Positions 1-6,993 of a stretch of DNA of 45,855 bases are shown here, one piece after another. Below the pieces are notes generated by a model that did not search any database, had not been told where the DNA came from, and saw only the letters and a program-made list of their open reading frames with translations. Location: sequence record SRR2962707_1709. The stretch is one strand, 5' to 3'. The translations under genes and the position numbers were made by a program. How positions within the stretch are numbered: the first letter of the stretch is position 1; the number at the start of each line of letters is the position of its first letter.

Positions 1-177
1 CACAACAATAACTGTCCACAGGACCTAGAGGTCTCCTCAACGCAGAAGGCGATGCGGCAAGGCGGCTTTCACAGCCAGCCGTTGATTTCCGCCTGCATGT
101 AGATACAGTCTTTGTCTGATGCCGGCTGCGTGAAATTGCAGTATAGTCATCGTGATGATCTGCGAAGGGAGGATCCC

Positions 178-1101
178 GTGGAAACAAGTCCCGGCCAGGC
201 AAGAACATTGCGGTTTGAAGAAGTGTGTTACGGCAAGTCCGTACGCACTCCGGGCGGCCCTTTGCATGAAAGCGCTCTGTATGGAGTGAACTCCGTTACC
301 CCGGGCATCACCAATCCGCTGCGCTATATACCTGCAAATTTTCTCGGAAACACAAATCTCGCGTCGAGCATGATCGACCCCGCGTTCGCCGGGCGTGGCG
401 CATTGGTTGTCAAGGCAGTCGATGAAGGGCTGGCGATCATGCGCATGCGCTACCGAGCCGAGGCAGGCGAGGGGGAAAGCGGCCGCCAGTTCCTGCTGTC
501 GCGAACCTTGCTGCTGCCCGACATCCAGCACTGGCACGAAATTCCGCCCGGTCTGTTCTCCTGGTGCGAGCAGCGACTGGAGGCGCAGCCTTTCGTTTTC
601 GATCAGCCTAGCTCGCCGCCGGTGCGCTCAGTCGACCTTCCACCATTTCAGGCTCGGGATGTGAGCTGGTTCGACAATCTCAGCCAGCATCGGCAAATCC
701 AGCTGGGGTCGGCCTTCCAGGCAATCACCAGGCGGGTTGGTTGGACCGTGTCCGGAATGGTGGCGGAATCGGAGAAGCAAAGGCCTGCCGCTCTGATTGC
801 TGCCGATCTTGATGTCATGTCCTCGCTGCCCAGAAAATTCCCTCTCAGGAATGGCGACACTGACCAGTTCATCCTGAACCTGGGTCTCGAGCCGTTGCTG
901 ACCCCGGGTGCGGTCAGCTATTTTCCCGGCCATCGCGGCAGCGCGATAGAAGCGCCTGACTTGCATGCGCTGCGCATAGCCATCATCAGCAGTGAAGAAA
1001 ATCAGCCTGCCGAACCGTCCGTCAAACAAACCCAGGGGACGTCCGATAGCCTTGATCGCAGGATTGGCGCCGAGCCGATCCCATTGAAGTGGCTTTCATA
1101 A
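178..1101 (+). CDS. Hypothetical protein with putative GAP1-N-like (GTPase-associated protein 1 N-terminal) domain
   Basis: ORF 112..1101. GTG at 178 follows a strong RBS (AGGGAGG). The N-terminal pattern FEEVCYGKS...YGVNSVTPGI and the later GESGRQFLLSRTLLL resemble the GAP1-N signature (QxxYxS...GFqxxaxSpG...GRxgNffaHxlv). Domain call by eye. Confidence 0.55.
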   Translation: METSPGQARTLRFEEVCYGKSVRTPGGPLHESALYGVNSVTPGITNPLRYIPANFLGNTNLASSMIDPAFAGRGALVVKAVDEGLAIMRMRYRAEAGEGESGRQFLLSRTLLLPDIQHWHEIPPGLFSWCEQRLEAQPFVFDQPSSPPVRSVDLPPFQARDVSWFDNLSQHRQIQLGSAFQAITRRVGWTVSGMVAESEKQRPAALIAADLDVMSSLPRKFPLRNGDTDQFILNLGLEPLLTPGAVSYFPGHRGSAIEAPDLHALRIAIISSEENQPAEPSVKQTQGTSDSLDRRIGAEPIPLKWLS

Positions 1102-1234
1102 CAAATTCAGATAATTGGTTGCATTTTAATCATTTACTTTACTGCCACTCAACGAACTGCCAGCTGTTGCGCTAAGGATTCATAAACTATATCGTTCGAG
1201 TTCGTATCGGGTAAGTACTAGCGTTGGGTCTTTA

Positions 1235-4200
1235 ATGTTGGATTGGGATCTAAGTAACCCTAAGAAAACGCTTTTGCGTTTAGAGAATTGCTGTGTGATC
1301 TGTGATCTTGGCAAATTCTCTCGCGTAGTTACGCTCTCCAATTCGACTTTGGCTGCCGACGAAACGCTTAAGATATCTGTTGCAGGATACATCGAAGAAG
1401 CGCCTTGGCTTAATGCAAGCCTTCGTGATGTAGGCAGTGGCGATTCTATACTTCAGTGTGAATTGGGCAAAGCCAAGAATATTGATCTGGTCCTTGAGTG
1501 CTCACGGGAGCCGAGCGAGGACGAGATCGACGATGCATCCCGTGACCAGTTTACACTCTCCATCACGCTGCAAACAAAACGCGCAGACGGTCAGTCGCAA
1601 AACCTCAAGGTAGAGCTTGTCGGTCCGCGTTTGCAGACGCTGAAATGGCAGCCGCCGGTGGTGCAGACCAGGCAGGCAGCGATCCCTGAGCTCAGCCGGG
1701 TCGAAAAGCAGGAAAACACCGATGTTGATCTGTTCACGATCAACATAAAGCAGCCCGTCGCCCGGCTGGAATACGGCGGCGCACCCACCAACCTGATTGT
1801 CTCGGGCCGCTTGAGCTGTCGCGTTGACGATGAAATCAGGGATGTGACGGCCAACATCACCATGGGGCCGGCCGTTGCCCGCTCCACTGCGGGGATGGCC
1901 TGCGAGCTGCGCGCCGGCGATGAAGTGTCCATTCCCTGCATCGTGTCGATCAATGAAATATTCGAGGCCGCCGATAGCGCCGATACCCTGCAGATGCAGT
2001 TCGACTGGAGCTGTATTTTCAGCGACGAAACCCAGGCGCCTCTCTCAGGCGCCTATGATTTTGACCTGCAGTTGAGACAGGGAGAGATCCTGGCTCTGAA
2101 GTATCGTGACGCGTCGGCTGTGCCCAACATGATCCGCAGCGAAACCCCCTTTGTCGAGCGCTTCCCGCTGGAGTTTTCCGTGCCGATTTCCGGCGGCGGG
2201 GTTCAGTTCGAGCTTGGCGATACCATCGAGTTCGATGTCGTGAGCCTGGATGACAGCTGGGATGTAGTTGCCCACGCGCATATCTTGCCCGAAGGCGAAA
2301 AAACGGTGCTGGCCAGCCGCGAAGATTTCAAGCTGGTGCAGGACATCGAGGTTGATCAGACCAGTGGCGGGAAAATTCAGATCCCGTTCCACAACACTGT
2401 TTTGGACGAAACCGGCGACACCGACCGCTATCAGCTGTTCATCCGCTTTGAAGCCAGGCGGCTGAAAATCAGGGCAGGCATGTCATTGGTGGCCGAAGAC
2501 GATCTGTTCGAGCACAAATACGGCATGGTGGCGGTCGATATCGTGCTGCGCCAGCGCGACCCCAAATATCTGATTTGCCTGGATTACGGCGCATCGGCCA
2601 TTGCAGCCTGGTTCGGCAGGGTGGAGCGAAATCTGGCGCGCCAGCTGATCCCGCTGGGCTCCTACGCCTACAGCCTTGCCGGCGCACACTCGGAATATGA
2701 TCCGAACAAGAAGCGCTGGCAGAACGTCCTGATCCCGTCCACCATCGGCCTCAACCCGGCAAAACATGTGCGCTCGCGCAAGGCGCCGTTGTCCTATGGC
2801 AATCTCTCTTATGTCGGCACCAAGCTGCAGGCTGCGGAAAAGAGAATGGCGCGGTTTGGCCGGACCTATGACGTCTCCATTCCGGTCGATCGTGATTTCG
2901 TCACCGACGGCGAAGCCTCGGCTTATCTTGAACTTCAAACGCTCGTCATCCCGGATCTCAAGCGCATGCTGATGAACTCGGAGCCGGGATTCAAATACCG
3001 TATCAAGCAATCGGTGATCGAGCGCACAGCCAATGGTTTGCAGGCAACGCGTGAAATCAACCTCGCGGCACTGACCAAGGACGCCTTCCACGAACTGGGC
3101 TCCTACATGGTTCCCAACGCGCTGTTTTATGCGCATGACCAGCTCGATGGCCCGATTGTCAGCGAGTTCGGCGACGAGCGCTTTGACCAATGGCTTGAGT
3201 GTGCCGACAATGACGTTCAGGTGGTGGTCACCCATCCCAGCGGCATCGCGCATCACAAGCGGGATCTGTACAGGAATGCTGCCAGATCCTTTGCGCAAGG
3301 CCTGACCGGAACCCAGGATGCGCGCGCCGCACGTGAGCCCAAGCTGATCCCTGAAGCCTTGGCCGCAGCCTATTTCGGCATTTCCCGCTCGCAGGGCAGC
3401 CGTGAGGAAACAGAAGTTTTTGCCTGCATCGATATCGGCGCCAGCACCGTGGATGCCAGCCTGATCGAAGTGAAGATGCGGCACGACAGCATCGAAAGCT
3501 GGAAGGTCTTTGCGCATTTCGGAGCCACCATCGGCGGCGCCAACCTGGATGAGGCGCTGCTCGCCGTTCTGATCCAGAACCTGCGTGAGCTGTTCTCCTC
3601 AACCGAGCCGGTCTTCGAGGATCTTGAACTCGACCATCGTTTCTTGCGTGACGAGGCTCTCAAGACAGCGCTTCTGCCGCGCATTCAGGAAGCCAAGCGG
3701 GCGCTGTCGGAAACGTTGATGCGCTATGCAGGCACCGACAACGAGTATCGCTGGGCTGAAGAGGGGGACGGCAGTTCCTTCGCGGTGGAACTCAATGACA
3801 TTCTGCGCAGTGCATCGCCCGGACAGCCGCTCAGCGAGCGTGACACAGCCATTCCCGGCTCGAATGAAAAGGTGCAGCTGCGCGTCAGGACGACCGAGAC
3901 CGGCGGACAGGCCGTCTGGATCGAGATTTCGCCGGATCTGCTCGATGCCAATGATGAGATCACCAATCCGGCGCGCAGCAATCCGCAAACGGTCGCCCGG
4001 ACCCTTGGCTATGCTGTTCCGGCGATGCTGATCAGGGAAGCACGGCGCTTGAATTTGCGCGATCCGCAATGGGTTGTGACCGGTCGTGCCAGCCTTTGGC
4101 CTTCGATCTTCACAGGCATCGGGCGCACCGCGCAACTGCTTGGTCAGGCGCGCGACATGGCGCCTTCAAGGCCGTTCAGTCCCGACGATATGAAGAACGC

Positions 4201-4633
4201 CACGGTCTATGGCGCCGCCCGTCTGGCAACCTCCGGACTGGAAGTGACAGACGGCGCGGATCACTCCTATGCGCTGGTGCTGCATGATGACGGGCGCGGT
4301 GTTGTCTCGGAGATCGAGTATCTCGATACGCGCACGCGCTCTGAAGGCAACAAGAGCGTCCGCTTCCTGCCCAATCGCTGGCTCAGCCGCGTCCTGCCGG
4401 GGCTGGATGATGTAGGCAGCAAAAACGACATCACCCGCGACGAGATTGTTCGCCTGTTCGGCATCTTCGGTCAGAAGGTGGTTGTCGATCAGTCTCAGGT
4501 CAAGCCTGGCGGTTTGGCCGGAGGGCAGGATCAGCACGTCGAGATTTCCTGGAAGCGCAGGAACTCCGATGTCGAATTCACTGTCGGCGACATCATCGTT
4601 CGTCAACCCCGAAGTCGCTTGGCGGGAACCTAG
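1235..4633 (+). CDS. Large divergent Hsp70/actin-fold (ASKHA) ATPase with ~440-aa beta-rich N-terminal extension
   Basis: Ordered ASKHA motifs: phosphate-1 ICLDYGAS, VVVTHPS, connect-1 LIPEALAAAY, phosphate-2 CIDIGASTVD, IGGANLDEALL, IQEAKRALS, adenosine VVTGRASLWP, connect-2 KNATVYGAA. No canonical DnaK substrate-binding domain. Start uncertain (weak RBS). Confidence 0.8.
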   Translation: MLDWDLSNPKKTLLRLENCCVICDLGKFSRVVTLSNSTLAADETLKISVAGYIEEAPWLNASLRDVGSGDSILQCELGKAKNIDLVLECSREPSEDEIDDASRDQFTLSITLQTKRADGQSQNLKVELVGPRLQTLKWQPPVVQTRQAAIPELSRVEKQENTDVDLFTINIKQPVARLEYGGAPTNLIVSGRLSCRVDDEIRDVTANITMGPAVARSTAGMACELRAGDEVSIPCIVSINEIFEAADSADTLQMQFDWSCIFSDETQAPLSGAYDFDLQLRQGEILALKYRDASAVPNMIRSETPFVERFPLEFSVPISGGGVQFELGDTIEFDVVSLDDSWDVVAHAHILPEGEKTVLASREDFKLVQDIEVDQTSGGKIQIPFHNTVLDETGDTDRYQLFIRFEARRLKIRAGMSLVAEDDLFEHKYGMVAVDIVLRQRDPKYLICLDYGASAIAAWFGRVERNLARQLIPLGSYAYSLAGAHSEYDPNKKRWQNVLIPSTIGLNPAKHVRSRKAPLSYGNLSYVGTKLQAAEKRMARFGRTYDVSIPVDRDFVTDGEASAYLELQTLVIPDLKRMLMNSEPGFKYRIKQSVIERTANGLQATREINLAALTKDAFHELGSYMVPNALFYAHDQLDGPIVSEFGDERFDQWLECADNDVQVVVTHPSGIAHHKRDLYRNAARSFAQGLTGTQDARAAREPKLIPEALAAAYFGISRSQGSREETEVFACIDIGASTVDASLIEVKMRHDSIESWKVFAHFGATIGGANLDEALLAVLIQNLRELFSSTEPVFEDLELDHRFLRDEALKTALLPRIQEAKRALSETLMRYAGTDNEYRWAEEGDGSSFAVELNDILRSASPGQPLSERDTAIPGSNEKVQLRVRTTETGGQAVWIEISPDLLDANDEITNPARSNPQTVARTLGYAVPAMLIREARRLNLRDPQWVVTGRASLWPSIFTGIGRTAQLLGQARDMAPSRPFSPDDMKNATVYGAARLATSGLEVTDGADHSYALVLHDDGRGVVSEIEYLDTRTRSEGNKSVRFLPNRWLSRVLPGLDDVGSKNDITRDEIVRLFGIFGQKVVVDQSQVKPGGLAGGQDQHVEISWKRRNSDVEFTVGDIIVRQPRSRLAGT

Positions 4634-4643
4634 AGGACGCAAG

Positions 4644-5462
4644 ATGGCGGTGATTGGTATCGAGTTCACATCCGCAATTGCACAGGTAATCTTCATTGTG
4701 CTGCTCGCCGCTGTCGTCGGGACGGCGATCTGGTTGATCCGGCGGCTCCGCCAGACCGAAACGCAACTGGCGTCGATCCGGCGGGAGAACGGCAAACTGC
4801 GCAATGAAATTGCCAATATTACCGGCTGGACCACCAATGGACGCCTTCCCGAAGACTGGCAGGAGCGGTTGCGCAACGACAAGGCCGTGGCCGGAAACGT
4901 GCCGCCGCCGGTTGGCGCCGAGGTGCCCGGCGAGCTTGTGCTCATGGCAGCGCACCACGCCCTGGCTTCGATCGAGCCGCCACACTTTGCCTCAAGCGAC
5001 AGTGCCGAGGAAGTCAGCCGCGCCCACCAGCGCAACATCGAGCTGATCGAGGGGCTGGCTGCCGAGCGTATTGATCCGCTGCCGGCTCTCGCCAACGGCG
5101 ACATGGACAAGCTTTTTTGCTTCTGGCGGCGCCTGGAGGCCTATTTTCCGGACCGCGCTGAAACCGATGCCTATGGCTTGGCGGCCTACGCTGTCCTTGA
5201 TCTGTTCAAGCGCCGCCAGGTTCAGGTGATCGCGCCACGGCCCTTGTCTGTCGAAAGCGTCAAGAACTGTGTTTTCACCACTGATGACAGCGAAAAACTC
5301 AGGGATATTTCCCGCATCCGCACAGCGGCTTTTGCGGCAAGCTCCCGCTTTGCCAATCCCAAGGGGGGAGAAGAGCTGGTGATCGATTGTGAGCGCCCGG
5401 GCTGGAATGGGCCGAATGGCCGCAAAAGCCCCCGAATTCTGATTCTGGACCGGTCATGGTAG
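4644..5462 (+). CDS. Membrane-anchored coiled-coil protein with GrpE-like C-terminus
   Basis: ATG 4644 with GAGGA RBS. N-terminal TM (IAQVIFIVLLAAVVGTAIWLI), short coiled coil, helical middle, and C-terminal VIDCERPGWNGPNGRKSPRILIL resembling the GrpE beta-domain (VvevlrpGYxlxgRvlRpAxVvV). Confidence 0.55.
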   Translation: MAVIGIEFTSAIAQVIFIVLLAAVVGTAIWLIRRLRQTETQLASIRRENGKLRNEIANITGWTTNGRLPEDWQERLRNDKAVAGNVPPPVGAEVPGELVLMAAHHALASIEPPHFASSDSAEEVSRAHQRNIELIEGLAAERIDPLPALANGDMDKLFCFWRRLEAYFPDRAETDAYGLAAYAVLDLFKRRQVQVIAPRPLSVESVKNCVFTTDDSEKLRDISRIRTAAFAASSRFANPKGGEELVIDCERPGWNGPNGRKSPRILILDRSW

Positions 5463-5477
5463 GGCGCGGATGCATTC

Positions 5478-6989
5478 ATGACACTCGGTAACCCGGTTCG
5501 CTTCACTGATGAGACTGACCGCCCGGTCATCATGATTCCGGTGAAGCTGGACTTGCGCGACAACCAGGCTTTCTGGCGCCGCAATGTGTTCGGTATCCCC
5601 AAGCGCGGGCTGCTGGGCTGGTTGTTCTCCAAGGGCTCCAAGGCGGCGCGGGATTTCCCCTGGGTGGTTGGAGGCAACCCCGACCCGAGCAAGAGAACAG
5701 GCCTGTTTCAGGTCTCGCGCGGCTCGGTTGATGAAGTTCTCTACAACATCACCGACAAGCTGGTCATCGGAACTGCCAATGGCAGCGAGGTGGTCGAGGT
5801 GGCCTTTCAGCATCTCACCTTTGTTTCGGGTGCCGGCGGTGTCTGTGACACGGCTTCCGAAATGGGGCTTGAGGAGAGAATATCGGAAAGCCTGGGGTCG
5901 ACCCTGAAAGGCTATTTCGATCCGACAATCGGCATCAGGGTGGACTGCATGGTCAACCCGTCGCTGCCGGCCAACCAGCTCAACATGTATCTTGGCCAGG
6001 GCGTGTTCGTGCCCCGGCGTGGCGAGCGCCCGATCGGCTGGATCCGCTATTATCCCGACCCTTCCATGCGGGAGGATTTCAACCAGCCGCAATTGCTCGA
6101 TGGCCGGCCCGCAGGTCTTTACAAGGGACAGGGCGGACTGGCGATCGGCATCGGCGAAGGGCTTTTGCACTCGCAAATTGATCTCGGCTCCGACGAGGAA
6201 GTGCAATCGCCGTTCATGTTCATCAACAAGGAAGCGGTGCTTACCCCGGCCAATGAAGAGCCAAGGGCCCGCGGCGTCGATGCCCGCCTTTCATTCTGCC
6301 GCGGACAGGGCAATGAGCCCGTTCCGACGCAGGTGGCGCGCACCGACGAGCAGTGTGATGTCGCCTGGAAGATCGACTTTGTCGGCACCGCCCAGATTCC
6401 CGGACGGCTTGAACTCTGCGTCGATTCCCGCAAGTCGCGGCTGCACTGGAAACCGACCAATGGCTGCAACGCCGCCATAAGCTCTTTGCTGTTCGACTTG
6501 CGCGACTTTTCCCATCGCGACATCGAGCGGGTGTGGATTGATCTCGACCGGGACAACATCCTGACAGCCTACGCGCTTCAGGTCGCACGGGTCTCCCTGG
6601 TCTGGGACTGCGAGAACGAAGAGCAATATGTCTACGAATGGGGCCAGACCGGCGCGCCGTTCAAGACGCCGGGCAGCGTCGGGCTGAAATGCCGGACCAT
6701 CGAAAACAACATGATCGAGGTCGGCCGCGCCGATGGCGAGCCTTTCGGTTATCTCGAATTACCGGAAGTGCCGGAGAAGGTGATCTTCTCGGACACCTTC
6801 CAGTCTTTCAGCGGCTATCATCTCGACTGGCTCGATCAGTGTGGGCGCATCTCCTTTGGCGACACGGTTTTGTCGCTTGGCGAGGCCTATGCGGAAAAAT
6901 GCTCCGGCATGCCGCTCGCCAGATTTGAGCCGGGCGAGACCAAGAAGGTCGTCGGTCCGCTAGTCCTCACCCCCTACGAGGGAGGCTGA
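5478..6989 (+). CDS. Hypothetical protein, 503 aa, soluble; possible FhaA-N (DUF3662)-like N-terminal domain
   Basis: Long ORF with high-GC codon usage, tightly packed in the operon (15 bp after the previous stop, 4 bp before the next start). No TM segment. Weak by-eye similarity to FhaA N-terminal domain at aa ~80-175. Confidence 0.6.
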   Translation: MTLGNPVRFTDETDRPVIMIPVKLDLRDNQAFWRRNVFGIPKRGLLGWLFSKGSKAARDFPWVVGGNPDPSKRTGLFQVSRGSVDEVLYNITDKLVIGTANGSEVVEVAFQHLTFVSGAGGVCDTASEMGLEERISESLGSTLKGYFDPTIGIRVDCMVNPSLPANQLNMYLGQGVFVPRRGERPIGWIRYYPDPSMREDFNQPQLLDGRPAGLYKGQGGLAIGIGEGLLHSQIDLGSDEEVQSPFMFINKEAVLTPANEEPRARGVDARLSFCRGQGNEPVPTQVARTDEQCDVAWKIDFVGTAQIPGRLELCVDSRKSRLHWKPTNGCNAAISSLLFDLRDFSHRDIERVWIDLDRDNILTAYALQVARVSLVWDCENEEQYVYEWGQTGAPFKTPGSVGLKCRTIENNMIEVGRADGEPFGYLELPEVPEKVIFSDTFQSFSGYHLDWLDQCGRISFGDTVLSLGEAYAEKCSGMPLARFEPGETKKVVGPLVLTPYEGG

Positions 6990-6993
6990 GGCG

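Noticed and set aside
1235-4633. Calling the ATPase dnaK, mreB or srfB
   Set aside because: Size, altered motifs and domain layout do not fit DnaK or MreB; SrfB orthology cannot be shown without a search.
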